Shown here piece by piece: positions 55,195 through 64,000 of a stretch of DNA of 64,000 nucleotides (positions are counted from its first letter, which is position 1; each line of letters begins with the position of its first letter). The notes under the pieces were generated by a model. The model was not told the origin of the DNA, ran no database searches, and saw only the letters and a program-made list of their open reading frames with translations. The translations under genes were made by a program, and so were the position numbers. Source of the stretch: Candidatus Aminicenantes bacterium (GTDB lineage Bacteria > Acidobacteriota > Aminicenantia > Aminicenantales > Aminicenantaceae); the NCBI GenBank assembly GCA_011772475.1, contig WVZK01000094.1:1323-65322 (forward strand). Direction: 5' to 3'.

Positions 55195-56091
55195 ATGGCT
55201 AAAAAGTTTTTCTCGCTCATAATTGTCCCTCACAACAGAGGTAAATTCAAAACAATCACTCTTTCCGAAAAGAAAGTTAAAATCTTAATCATGGTCTTCA
55301 CCTTGCTTTTCACTACTCTTACAATTTTCCTTATTGATTATTTTTCTATGAATGTTACCAGACAGAAATACAGAGAGCTTTTTGATGAGAACAGCCGTCA
55401 GAAACAGGCGATTGCAAAATATAAAGTATCTATAAACAAACTGAAGGCGGATATTGATGATTTTGAAGCCTATGCCAATAAGATAAATGTCATGGCGGGC
55501 CTAAAAGCGCCTGAAGTCCTGAAAGAGGTTGGATTAGGCGGAGGAGACAGAGGCAGCGGCCAAGAAATTGATTCTTCAAACTACAGTCAAGATGCTGGCC
55601 TCAATCGTGCTCAGAAAATTAGCAGGAAAGCAGATGGCATCGATAAGAATTTGAATACATTGGTGAAGTTCTTCGAAGAGCAAACAGCAAAACTTGCTTC
55701 TACTCCTACTATCTGGCCAACAACAGGATGGCTGGTTTCTGCATATGGCTCTAGGACAGATCCTTTCACAGGGAAGTCGGCTTTCCACTACGGTTTGGAT
55801 ATCGCTTCCAGTTTTGGAAATCCTGTGGTGGCTACAGCTGATGGATTTGTCTCTCATGTCAAGCGAGAGAAAATCGGAGGAAATACAGTCATCATCAGTC
55901 ACGGGGGAGGCTTTACCACTGTTTACTGTCATTTGAGCAAGTTTGCGGTCAAGGCAGGACAGAGAATCAAGAGATGGGATGTAATTGGTTACATTGGACA
56001 AACAGGAAAAGCCTTAGGTCCCCATGTTCATTATGAGGTTCGCCGAAACGGCAAGGCTGTTAATCCCTACAAGTACATTCTGGAAGAATAA
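55195..56091 (+). CDS. M23 (LytM-domain) peptidase with N-terminal TM and coiled coil
   Basis: HYGLDIA, GNTVIISHGGGFTTVYCHL, GPHVHYEV zinc and catalytic motifs. ATG 55195 follows GGGAGAGG. Confidence 0.85.
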   Translation: MAKKFFSLIIVPHNRGKFKTITLSEKKVKILIMVFTLLFTTLTIFLIDYFSMNVTRQKYRELFDENSRQKQAIAKYKVSINKLKADIDDFEAYANKINVMAGLKAPEVLKEVGLGGGDRGSGQEIDSSNYSQDAGLNRAQKISRKADGIDKNLNTLVKFFEEQTAKLASTPTIWPTTGWLVSAYGSRTDPFTGKSAFHYGLDIASSFGNPVVATADGFVSHVKREKIGGNTVIISHGGGFTTVYCHLSKFAVKAGQRIKRWDVIGYIGQTGKALGPHVHYEVRRNGKAVNPYKYILEE

Positions 56092-56104
56092 CTAAACCTT
56101 CCAG

Positions 56105-57040
56105 CTAAACAAACATATCCTCGCGCTTAATTTCTGCTCCAAGAGAAAAGGCATAAGCGTCCATGCGTTTTCTATTTTCAGGCTGAAGGCTTTCGATAAG
56201 ATAGACGCTTCCCTCTCCACAAATCACCTCGATCCCTACTTTTTTTATCCCTAAAATTTGGCCGGGATATGAACCAGGCAAGGCTTGTTTATCTATTTTT
56301 ATTCCTTTATGGATTTTTAGCCTTATGTCTTTGAAGAAAGTAAAAGCTGAAGGCCATGGATTGAACGCCCTTACCTTCCTTTCTATACTGAGAGAATTTT
56401 CTGTCCAGTCAATTTTTCCATCTTCTTTACGAATTTTGGGAGCATAAGTAGCCTGCGAATGATCCTGTTTGATGTGCTTTAATTTATCAATTTGAGCTAT
56501 CGTCCTTATCAAAAGGTCTGCTCCCTTTTGAGCTAAGCGGGATTCAAGCTCTTCTGCATTCTCATCAGAAAAAATATTGACTTCTTCCTGGATAAGGATG
56601 TCTCCTTCGTCCATCTTCTCGTCGAGTTCAAAAATAGTGATTCCTGTTTTATCTTCTCCCTCTAAGAGAGCCCATTGGACAGGGGATGCCCCCCTGTATT
56701 TTGGCAAAAGGGAAAAATGAACATTTAAAGAGTTGTATCTGGGAAGGTATATTATTGAGGAGGGGATAATCTGTCCGTAGGCCACGACTACATTAAGGTC
56801 TGGTTTAATTTCTTTTATTTTATCGAGTGCGATTTGGTCTTTTCTGATTCTTAAAGGCTGACAATAAGGAATTTTCAGATCCAAAGCAGTCTTTTTCACG
56901 GGACAGGGTACAAGCTTTTTCCCTCTTCCTGAAGGCCTGTCAGGCTGGGTGATTATGAGATCTATGCTGTGATTCGCCTCCAGGAGTTTTTTTAATGATG
57001 GAAGGGCAGAGGCAGGGCTGCCAAAGAAGACGATTTTCAT
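56105..57040 (-). CDS. fmt: methionyl-tRNA formyltransferase
   Basis: 311 aa. MKIVFFGSP, TQPDRPSGRGKK, SLLPKYRGASP. Confidence 0.95.
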   Translation of the reverse strand: MKIVFFGSPASALPSLKKLLEANHSIDLIITQPDRPSGRGKKLVPCPVKKTALDLKIPYCQPLRIRKDQIALDKIKEIKPDLNVVVAYGQIIPSSIIYLPRYNSLNVHFSLLPKYRGASPVQWALLEGEDKTGITIFELDEKMDEGDILIQEEVNIFSDENAEELESRLAQKGADLLIRTIAQIDKLKHIKQDHSQATYAPKIRKEDGKIDWTENSLSIERKVRAFNPWPSAFTFFKDIRLKIHKGIKIDKQALPGSYPGQILGIKKVGIEVICGEGSVYLIESLQPENRKRMDAYAFSLGAEIKREDMFV

Positions 57041-57552
57041 TAAATCTTGCTCGCTTGAATCGCTCTTTTAAGTTTCTTTCTGATAAGACTTTTTTTGAGC
57101 AGAGAGAGGTGGTCTATGAATAATTTTCCGTTAATGTGGTCAATTTCGTGACAGAGAGCTCTAGCTAAAAGTCCTTCTGCTTCAACAATTTTTTCATTTC
57201 CCTTAAGGTCAATTCCTTTGACAATAACACGAGAGGGTCTGACGACTTTTTCGCTAATATCTGGTACCGATAAGCAGCCTTCTTCGTAGACGACTTCGCC
57301 CTCCTGGCTGATGAGTTCGGGATTTATGAGGATGATCAGATTTTGAGTGTCCTCCCCAACAGAAAGATCAACTGTTATTAATCTTTTGCTTTCATTGACT
57401 TGGGGAGCCGCAAGGCCAATTCCAGGAGCTGCGTACATGGTTTCAACCATATTCTGGGCAAGTTCCTCAATATATTTATCTAGATTGGTTATTTCCTCAG
57501 CTTTTCTTGTAAGTACTGGATTACCGTACTTTACGATTTGAAGTATAGACAT
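57040..57552 (-). CDS. def: peptide deformylase
   Basis: 170 aa. GIGLAAPQV, EGCLS, HEIDH motifs. Confidence 0.95.
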   Translation of the reverse strand: MSILQIVKYGNPVLTRKAEEITNLDKYIEELAQNMVETMYAAPGIGLAAPQVNESKRLITVDLSVGEDTQNLIILINPELISQEGEVVYEEGCLSVPDISEKVVRPSRVIVKGIDLKGNEKIVEAEGLLARALCHEIDHINGKLFIDHLSLLKKSLIRKKLKRAIQASKI

Positions 57553-57606
57553 ATTTCCTTTCTTTTAAATAATTATTCTATAGAAAATTCTTTTTTCGTT
57601 CAATAT

Positions 57607-57647
57607 AAATGGGGCCAGGCCCCATTTTCTCTTGGCCCCATTTTCTC
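57607..57647. terminator. family-1 palindrome AAATGGGGCC-A-GGCCCCATTT with duplicated right arm
   Basis: The palindrome is at 57607-57627, and ggccccattttctc occurs twice (57618-31, 57634-47). It lies 3' of the PqqD-like gene and 5' of def. Confidence 0.5.
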
Positions 57648-57710
57648 TTTTTTTTTATTCCCTTTCTTTCGTCAATAGATTGCTCAAATTTTGCATGCCT
57701 GGCCTCAATT

Positions 57711-58073
57711 TTATTTTTCTTCTTTTTTATAAAAGATGAAATGGTTTTTTTCCAGACTTTGAAGAAACAAGGCCAGCCTGTCATAAAGAGGCTCGACATC
57801 ATCTCCAAACTTATTTTTTAAATTATTGGCGATTTCTTTAACTCGGAGGACTCCATCACAGTGCTCCCAGGTGAAGCTCCCTACATGGTCAAGCTTTATT
57901 TTGAAATACGGTTTCTTCAAGCGGGGAAGGACATGTTTCCTTAATAAGGCAAGTTCAAATTTCGGCTTGAGAAGGACAATCAAGCCATCCTCTTTTTTTT
58001 CCCACTTGATATTCCTGACAGGAATCAGGTCAAGAAGGTTAACTTTAGATTTCTCGGCCCCTCTTTTTTTCAC
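57711..58073 (-). CDS. stand-alone PqqD-family protein (RiPP-recognition-element-like)
   Basis: 120 aa. IKLDHVGSFTWEHCDGVLRVKEIANNLKNKFGDDVEPLYDRLALFLQSLEKNHFI fits the PqqD (PF05402-type) pattern LD..G...W...DG..tv.eI...l...f......Rl..Fl..L. Confidence 0.65.
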   Translation of the reverse strand: MKKRGAEKSKVNLLDLIPVRNIKWEKKEDGLIVLLKPKFELALLRKHVLPRLKKPYFKIKLDHVGSFTWEHCDGVLRVKEIANNLKNKFGDDVEPLYDRLALFLQSLEKNHFIFYKKEEK

Positions 58074-58105
58074 GATCTATAGGATATTGCTGCTTGCTCT
58101 GAGCT

Positions 58106-60112
58106 TTATTCAGCTTCTTTTTCTTCAGTTGATTTTCCGAATTCACCGGAAACGACCATCTTCTTATAGGGAAGGTAGATCAAGATGAAACCGAGGATGA
58201 AGAAGATCAATAAGGCAAGCCACGGATTATTCAAAGATTCTGGCATTTCTATCTTTGTTCCCTTTACGGCTGCAGTAATGATTCCCATAAGCGCCTGTCC
58301 TGCGATTAATCCCGAAGCGAGCAGCAGGCCTATGTTTTCTACGATCTCTTTACCCTTGGCGGTCGAATTCTTTTGGGTAACCCTTCGGTCCAGAAAATAT
58401 TTTAGTACTCCTCCGAAGAAGATACAGGCTGTGGCGCGAAAAGGAAGGTACATTCCTACGGCAATGAGCATTGGGGAGGGAGAACCGATAAGAATAAGCA
58501 CGACTGCCAAAAGCATTCCTGCTATAACTAGAGGCCAGGCCATCTCTCCTCCGACTATTCCCTTAGCCATGGTCGCCATCAATCCTGCCTGAGGAGCAGG
58601 AAGTGTTTCGCTTCCGATTCCAATGTTGTTGTGCAAAAGCTGGAGGGAGAAGGTCAGTGTTAGAGCAGCTGCGATAACTCCGATTAGTCCTCCTATTTGC
58701 ATCCGCCAAGGAGTACCACCAAGAATATGTCCCACTTTCCAATCTTGGATCATATCTCCGGCCACACCAGCCACACAGCAGACAACTGCTGCAACACCCA
58801 ACACAGCCTTAATTCCTTCATCTCCAGTCTGTCCCATTAGAACCATCATCAAAGCAGCGATTAGCAGCGTGGTCAAAGTAAGGCCAGAAATCGGGTTGGA
58901 AGAGGACCCGATTATACCCACAAGATAGCCTGCCACAGCAGCGAAAAGAAGACCCATGACTATCATCACTATGGCAGATACCAAAGAAGAGCCTATGTTA
59001 TGGGTAAAGATGTTGTAGAGAAAGATCATTGGAATAATCAGAGCTATGATGGCGATTATGATGGAAGGAAAAGGCAGGTCTGTATCAGTCCTGAGTGTAT
59101 CTGTTTTGACTCCAGATCGTGCTTTTCGAACATCAGTTATTGAACGGCTGATTCCTACAATCAGGTTTTTTCTCATCCTGAAGAGCGTGTAAAAAGCGCC
59201 GACAAGCATGGCGCCAACTGCAATGGGTTTAATCTGGGCATTGTAAGCAGAGATAGCCATATCAGTCCAGTTCCCATCAAAGCTGGAGACAACTGTACCT
59301 AATTCTCCACTTATGAAAAGAAGTATCGGCATCAGGAAGAGCCAGCCCAGTACTCCCCCAGAAAAAGTAAGAGCTGCTAACTTTGGTCCAATTATGTACC
59401 CGACTCCAGTCATGGCAGCATTGGCTGCAGGGGTTTCTACAAACGTCCTCCCTTTCATCGGTGCAGCTTTGAATACTTCAACGTTCTCATCGTTGAGGTA
59501 CGTGGTACGTGATAAACCGGGGATTTTGAATACTGTGTTAACATAAGGTTTTATTACTCTGATGCCGTTTTCGCTGGTGAAGAATTCAATAAGACCTCCC
59601 AAACCCATTGCCCAGAACATGTAGGCAGCGTTTGAGCCAGCCTTCTGGCCGGTCTTAACCATCTCTGCACAGGCAACGCTTTCTGGGAAGGGCAGCTCAG
59701 CATCTTCAACCAAGGTGCGTCTAACGAGTATAATGAGGAAAACGCCTAAAATCCCCCCCACAAGCATGAGCATAGAGGATTTTACAAAATCAAATTTTAC
59801 CCACACTCCAGTCATAAGAAAGGCAGGAATGGTAAATATAGCTCCTGCTGCTAGAGCTTCTCCTACAGCGCCCGTTGTCCTTGCGAAATTTTCTTCTAAA
59901 ATTGTTCCCTTAAATGGACGAAGGACTGCCATGGCAATAACAGCTGCTGGAAAAGTGGCTGCGACCGTCATCCCAACCATAAGTCCTAAATATGCGTTTG
60001 CAGCACCGAGGACAACGGCCATAATAATTCCTAAGAGAATGGCCTTTAGAGATATTTCTTTCATTGATTGCTCTGGGGAAATGTAAGGCCTGTATTCGTC
60101 GCTCATATCCAC
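58106..60112 (-). CDS. OPT-family oligopeptide transporter
   Basis: 668 aa, polytopic (about 16 TM). N-terminal PEQSMKEISLKAILLGIIMAVVLGAANAYLGLMVGMTV is typical of bacterial OPT proteins. Confidence 0.85.
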   Translation of the reverse strand: MDMSDEYRPYISPEQSMKEISLKAILLGIIMAVVLGAANAYLGLMVGMTVAATFPAAVIAMAVLRPFKGTILEENFARTTGAVGEALAAGAIFTIPAFLMTGVWVKFDFVKSSMLMLVGGILGVFLIILVRRTLVEDAELPFPESVACAEMVKTGQKAGSNAAYMFWAMGLGGLIEFFTSENGIRVIKPYVNTVFKIPGLSRTTYLNDENVEVFKAAPMKGRTFVETPAANAAMTGVGYIIGPKLAALTFSGGVLGWLFLMPILLFISGELGTVVSSFDGNWTDMAISAYNAQIKPIAVGAMLVGAFYTLFRMRKNLIVGISRSITDVRKARSGVKTDTLRTDTDLPFPSIIIAIIALIIPMIFLYNIFTHNIGSSLVSAIVMIVMGLLFAAVAGYLVGIIGSSSNPISGLTLTTLLIAALMMVLMGQTGDEGIKAVLGVAAVVCCVAGVAGDMIQDWKVGHILGGTPWRMQIGGLIGVIAAALTLTFSLQLLHNNIGIGSETLPAPQAGLMATMAKGIVGGEMAWPLVIAGMLLAVVLILIGSPSPMLIAVGMYLPFRATACIFFGGVLKYFLDRRVTQKNSTAKGKEIVENIGLLLASGLIAGQALMGIITAAVKGTKIEMPESLNNPWLALLIFFILGFILIYLPYKKMVVSGEFGKSTEEKEAE

Positions 60113-60181
60113 CTCCTCAAGTTAATATGCGTGGTTTTTTTGATTATATATTTTTTAAGCAGAAAAAAGTCAAGAAAAAAT

Positions 60182-60207
60182 AAAAAAAAGGGGACAGGCT
60201 CCTTTTT
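60182..60207. repeat. family-2-related imperfect palindrome AAAAGGGGACAGGCTCCTTTTT
   Basis: It has the same GGGGACAGGC core as 47271-47293, 5153-5169 and 48704-48722. It lies in a divergent promoter region, not at a 3' end. Confidence 0.5.
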
Positions 60208-60257
60208 AGCAAAGAAAGTAGGCAGTTTCTATTTGGAGACCTAAAATCAGTTATTTT

Positions 60258-60320
60258 GGGTCAGGTTTTCCTTTTCAAGACGTGTTTGCGGGCGAAGAGG
60301 CAAAAAACAAGACCTGACCC
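60258..60320. repeat. family-3 element, degenerate left arm
   Basis: The right arm gcaaaaaacaagacctgaccc (60300-60320) is the inverted match of 26955-26975. The left arm retains only gggtcaggt (60258-60266). Confidence 0.5.
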
Positions 60321-60427
60321 TGCTCATTTTGGTAGTTCTTTTGATAACGCCTGAGTGCGAAATTTTTTTTTGTTTGCGTGAAATAAGAAATTATGTTAAA
60401 AAATACCTGGTTGAGAAAGGTATAAAG

Positions 60428-61459
60428 ATGAATTTGTTGGGTTTACTAAGAGAAAGGCTCTTTTGCGATTTAGCTATTGACCTTGGAACTGCCAACACTT
60501 TGGTTTATTTAAAAGGAAAAGGAATCGTTGTTCAGGAGCCTTCTATCGTTGTTATTAATAAAGCGACTGGTAAAGTGGAAGCTGTGGGTACGCGGGCAAA
60601 GGAAATGTTAGGGAAAACTCCTGCTGATGTGCTTACCATTAAGCCTATGAGAGATGGAGTCATCGCAGATTTCGAGATTGCGGAAAAGATGCTTGATTAT
60701 TTTATTAAGAAGTCGACTGATAACCGGGTCTTTTTGATTAGACCGAGGATAGTTATCGGGATTCCAACAGGGATTACTCAAGTAGAGAGACGCGCAGTTA
60801 AGGATGTGGCCATGAGGGCAAAAGCATCCGAAGTCTACCTCGTCCAACAGCCAGTATCAGCTTCAGTAGGTGCTGACCTTCCTATCTCTGAGCCTACAGG
60901 AAATATGATCGTGGATATAGGAGGAGGGACGACCGATATCGCAGTCATTTCTATGAATGGGATAGTTTTTAATCATTCCATAAGGATTGCTGGGAATGAG
61001 ATGGACGAGGCGATCATCCAATACCTTAAGAAAAAATATAATTTGCTCATCGGAGAAAAAAGCGCTGAACAACTTAAAATGGAGATAGGTTCAGCTTACC
61101 CCTTGGATGAGCCTATGACAGTAGAGATAAAAGGAAGAGACTTAGGAGAAGGAATCCCCAAAACAATAATAATTGATGACCAGGAAGTAAGGGAAGCACT
61201 CGAAGATGTTGTCTCTTCAATTATCAATGCCATGCGAGTCGCCCTCGAAAAGACTCCTCCGGAATTATCAGCGGATATCATTGACCGGGGCATCATTTTA
61301 ACAGGGGGAGGTGCTCTCCTTAAAAACATAGATAAGCGCATACGAGAGGAAACTAAATTGCCAGTTTTTATCACTGATAATCCTTTGGCCACGGTTGTTA
61401 TCGGTGCTGGCAAGATGCTCGATGATTTAGACCTTCTGAAAAAGATTTCTATAATATAA
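60428..61459 (+). CDS. mreB: rod-shape-determining protein MreB
   Basis: DLAIDLGTANTLVY, DIGGGTTD and the actin-fold motifs. ATG 60428 is preferred. The 33 upstream codons in the ORF track are non-homologous. Confidence 0.95.
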   Translation: MNLLGLLRERLFCDLAIDLGTANTLVYLKGKGIVVQEPSIVVINKATGKVEAVGTRAKEMLGKTPADVLTIKPMRDGVIADFEIAEKMLDYFIKKSTDNRVFLIRPRIVIGIPTGITQVERRAVKDVAMRAKASEVYLVQQPVSASVGADLPISEPTGNMIVDIGGGTTDIAVISMNGIVFNHSIRIAGNEMDEAIIQYLKKKYNLLIGEKSAEQLKMEIGSAYPLDEPMTVEIKGRDLGEGIPKTIIIDDQEVREALEDVVSSIINAMRVALEKTPPELSADIIDRGIILTGGGALLKNIDKRIREETKLPVFITDNPLATVVIGAGKMLDDLDLLKKISII

Positions 61460-61474
61460 TTCAATTTAAATCTC

Positions 61475-62311
61475 ATGCCCCTTTTTCTTAAAAAAAGAAA
61501 GAGTCTTTTAGTCCTCATAGCTCTAATTTTTTTTCACCTGATATTGATTTCAACTCAGGTCCCGCTCGGTTACGGGAAAAACTACTTCGAAAGGGCAGTT
61601 TTTTCCGTTTTTTCTCCTGTTCAGCACGGAATTATTTCCTTCTTAAGCTCGATTGGTAACTTCTGGAAGAATTATTTTGACCTTCAGAATGTTCAAAGCC
61701 AGAATCGAAGGATGAAAGATGAAATGTTTTTTCTTCGGCAGGAGAACAACCTTTTAAGGAATGCTCTCGAAAACTTGAGAAGCCAGAAAGAAATAGAAGA
61801 GAGCCTTTTAAGACTTCACGAGAATATTATGGCAGCTCAAGTTATAGGCTTTGATGCTAGTAATTTTTATAAATCTACGGTCATAAATAAGGGCTCTCTG
61901 GACGGCATTAAGAAGGACATGGTTGTTCTTGATGAAAATGGCAGTTTAGTCGGTCGAATTATTGATCCTGTAGCCTTAAAAGAATCTAGAGTTCAGTTAA
62001 TCACAGATAACGAAAGCGGAGTTGCTGTCTTTTCTCAGAAGAAGGAAGTCATGGGTATTCTGAGTGGGGATGGTAAAGGATCCTGTTTCTTAGAATATAT
62101 CCATGTAACTACTGAGGATATTTATGAGGGAGAGGATATTATAACTTCAGGCAAGGATGGTCTCTTTCCTTCTGGAATTAAAGTGGGCAAAATTGTATCC
62201 ATAACCACGAGCACTTCGCTTTTCAAACAGATAAAAGTTGAACCACATTTTAATATTCAGCAATTGGATCATGTGGCCATCCTCATGAGGGATCCGATAG
62301 AAGTTTTTTAA
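61475..62311 (+). CDS. mreC: rod-shape-determining protein MreC
   Basis: 278 aa. N-terminal TM, coiled coil (LRQENNLLRNALENL), beta-rich C-terminus, and position after mreB. Confidence 0.85.
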   Translation: MPLFLKKRKSLLVLIALIFFHLILISTQVPLGYGKNYFERAVFSVFSPVQHGIISFLSSIGNFWKNYFDLQNVQSQNRRMKDEMFFLRQENNLLRNALENLRSQKEIEESLLRLHENIMAAQVIGFDASNFYKSTVINKGSLDGIKKDMVVLDENGSLVGRIIDPVALKESRVQLITDNESGVAVFSQKKEVMGILSGDGKGSCFLEYIHVTTEDIYEGEDIITSGKDGLFPSGIKVGKIVSITTSTSLFKQIKVEPHFNIQQLDHVAILMRDPIEVF

Positions 62312-62323
62312 AAAGTAACTTTA

Positions 62324-62803
62324 ATGAAAGATTATATTAAGGTCTCTCTATCAGTCATCATTGCTTTTGTTGTTTATGTGGTCCTGAACAAAATTTCTCC
62401 CTCTCTAGTTATGCTGTTTAATGTATTTAGCTTGGTTGTTATCTACTTTGCTGTAGAGAAGAATGAGATTTTCGGGGCCTGTTTAGGAGCGTTTTGTGGG
62501 CTTGTCCAAGACTCCTTTTCTTTGGGAGTTTTTGGAGTAGCAGGCCTTGCGAAAACAATTGCTGGATTCACGGCGGGGTACGTTGCAAAAAAAATAGATG
62601 TCACCCCTCCTTTGCGCAGCTTTGCCTTTCTCTTCTTTCTGGTCAGCTTTGAATTCATTATATGGGCTCTGTTATACTCTTTTATTTTTTCAGAAAGCAT
62701 AAATACTGGAAAGGGATTGATCTTTTTTCAGCCTTTGGGAACCGCTCTAGTGGGAAGCATTCTGTTCTCTTTTTTGAGAAGATTTAAAAGGAGTGAAATA
62801 TAG
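62324..62803 (+). CDS. mreD: rod-shape-determining protein MreD
   Basis: 159 aa, 5 hydrophobic segments, positioned between mreC and mrdA. Confidence 0.65.
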   Translation: MKDYIKVSLSVIIAFVVYVVLNKISPSLVMLFNVFSLVVIYFAVEKNEIFGACLGAFCGLVQDSFSLGVFGVAGLAKTIAGFTAGYVAKKIDVTPPLRSFAFLFFLVSFEFIIWALLYSFIFSESINTGKGLIFFQPLGTALVGSILFSFLRRFKRSEI

Positions 62804-62811
62804 TTTTATCC

Positions 62812-64000
62812 ATGAAAAACGACAAGATCTATGAAGACCTTATTCTCGTTCTGAGTAGATCCAAGAAAATATTTATCCTTATCCTAGTTTTAACCGCCTT
62901 TTTGCTGCTTAATTTTTGGAAAATTCAGGTTTTAGATCATAAAAAATACTGGGAGCAGTCTGAAGCCAATCGGATGAGAGAAATAGTACTGTCATCTCAG
63001 AGAGGGTTAATTAAGGATAGATGGGAGACCATTCTAGCTGATAACAAAGCTTCTTTCAAAGTATCCATCATTAGAGAAAATTGTGAAGATTATGATAAAT
63101 CCTGCCGGAAAATATCTCGCCTTTTAAAGATCGAAGAGGATGTTCTTAAGGAAAGGATTAAAAAGTATGAATCCTTTCCCCTTTTCAAGCCTATCGTGGT
63201 TAAGGAGAATTTGTCTTTTGAAGAGGTTGCTGTTATCGAAGCCAGAAAATTAGAATTTCCCGAATTAATTCTCCAAGCAGAGCCAAAAAGATTTTACCCG
63301 TTTGGCAGTCTTGCAGCTCATGCCCTGGGGTACATTCAAGAGTTATCAGGTGATGAGATAAAAAATGGACTTTACCAACAGAGGCGTTTGGGAGATCTGA
63401 TAGGTAAAACTGGTGTTGAAAAGGTATATGAGGCTACCCTGGTCGGAAATGATGGAGAAGCATTGGAAATTGTGGACAGCGTGGGCAGGAGTAAGGGAGA
63501 GATAAAAAGACGCGATCCCCAAAAAGGTCAAAATCTTATGCTCACTTTAGATTATGCTCTTCAGGAGAAAGCTGAAGAGTTATTGGAAGGAAGAGAAGGG
63601 GCTGTTGTCATGATGGATCCCCGGACTGGTGAAATACTTGCCTTGGCCAGTTTTCCTACATTTGATCCCAATAAATTTATTGACCGCTTTACTCCTGAGG
63701 AATGGCTCGATTTAGTCAATAGTCCTGAGTTCCCCCTTGAGAATCGAGCCGTTAGAGGCCAGTATGCTCCTGGTTCTATTTTCAAACTCGTTGTAGATTT
63801 AGGAGCCCTTGAATTGGGCATAATAGATGAAGAGACAACTTTTAAATGTAAAGGTGAGGTCGAAATTTATAACGAGCCCTTCGCCTGCTGGGTTGAAAAG
63901 GGTCATGGAGAAATGAACCTTATTCAAGGAATTCGGAATTCATGTAACATATTTCATTATCAAGTGGGAAAGACGATGGGCATTGAAGAGATATCTCGCT
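62812..64000 (+). CDS. mrdA: penicillin-binding protein 2 (elongasome transpeptidase), 3' end beyond window
   Basis: Hand translation from ATG 62812 gives MKNDKIYEDLILVLSR..., with RGLIKDR, the dimerisation domain, MDPRTGEILALASFPTFDPN, and the active-site SxxK in APGSIFK. The frame stays open to the window end. Confidence 0.9.
   Translation, partial: MKNDKIYEDLILVLSRSKKIFILILVLTAFLLLNFWKIQVLDHKKYWEQSEANRMREIVLSSQRGLIKDRWETILADNKASFKVSIIRENCEDYDKSCRKISRLLKIEEDVLKERIKKYESFPLFKPIVVKENLSFEEVAVIEARKLEFPELILQAEPKRFYPFGSLAAHALGYIQELSGDEIKNGLYQQRRLGDLIGKTGVEKVYEATLVGNDGEALEIVDSVGRSKGEIKRRDPQKGQNLMLTLDYALQEKAEELLEGREGAVVMMDPRTGEILALASFPTFDPNKFIDRFTPEEWLDLVNSPEFPLENRAVRGQYAPGSIFKLVVDLGALELGIIDEETTFKCKGEVEIYNEPFACWVEKGHGEMNLIQGIRNSCNIFHYQVGKTMGIEEISR

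Noticed and set aside
57686-57712. Possible additional degenerate family-1 palindrome (aaattttgcatgcctggcctcaatttt) touching the PqqD-like stop codon.
   Set aside because: Only the central GCCTGGCC and the A/T runs match, which is too weak to call without a genome-wide consensus.
57578-57821. 76-aa and 70-aa ORFs (containing MGPGPIF / KWGQEKMGPGPIY) between def and the PqqD-like gene, considered as candidate precursor peptides for the PqqD protein.
   Set aside because: Their only distinctive segments are translations of the family-1 palindrome. They overlap the PqqD-like gene or its terminator and have no RBS.
60329-60427. 33-codon N-terminal extension of MreB in the ORF track.
   Set aside because: The extension (MVVLLITPECEIFFCL...) is non-homologous and runs through promoter-like AT-rich DNA. 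The canonical MreB N-terminus begins at ATG 60428.
1-64000. Searched by eye for CRISPR arrays, tRNA/rRNA/tmRNA/RNase P/SRP hallmarks (T-loop GGTTCGAATCC-like strings, regular repeat-spacer periodicity), transposases, integrases, reverse transcriptases and known defence genes.
   Set aside because: None was found. The short repeats are palindromic and irregularly spaced with 1-4 copies per locus, so they are not CRISPR. The few GTTCGAA strings lie inside coding regions without tRNA context. A covariance-model scan would be needed to exclude small RNAs.

Overview
This 64-kb window has low G+C (about 40-45 % by eye) and comes from a diderm-type bacterium (Lgt/LspA, RND efflux, MreBCD-PBP2). I cannot place it taxonomically. 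I count about 49 protein genes in alternating-strand blocks and saw no rRNA, tRNA, CRISPR array, transposase, phage or recognisable defence gene.

Most of the content is housekeeping:
- nadCB
- an ileS-lspA-lgt-rluD operon
- an EF-G paralog
- a TCA block: icd, mdh, a lone fumarase beta subunit, sucCD and a divergent acnB
- a split acyl-CoA mutase
- fmt-def
- mreBCD-mrdA
- an ADP-forming acetyl-CoA synthetase
- a thioredoxin / protein-disulfide-oxidoreductase pair
- an RND efflux operon (adaptor plus two permeases)

The less ordinary gene sets are:
1. Three tandem alkaline-phosphatase-superfamily (type I phosphodiesterase/NPP) paralogs with different predicted localisations, followed by a small RHH protein and an unknown membrane protein (1-6657).
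2. A translationally coupled operon of an opine-dehydrogenase-like enzyme, a B12-binding-domain fusion protein, TldD and PmbA (21203-26781).
3. A stand-alone PqqD-family (RiPP-recognition-element-like) protein directly behind an OPT peptide transporter (57711-60112).

The strongest sequence-level signal not explained by genes is in the intergenic DNA. It is populated by at least five families of short palindromic or inverted-repeat elements. Several share an AAAA-GGGG-N-CAGG-N-CCCC-TTTT design. Some are terminator-like, some are MITE-like with 17-24-nt terminal inverted repeats, and one set sits inside the 5' end of an ORF.

I cannot claim a new system with confidence. All functional calls rest on motif recognition by eye and recalled family signatures, with no searches run.
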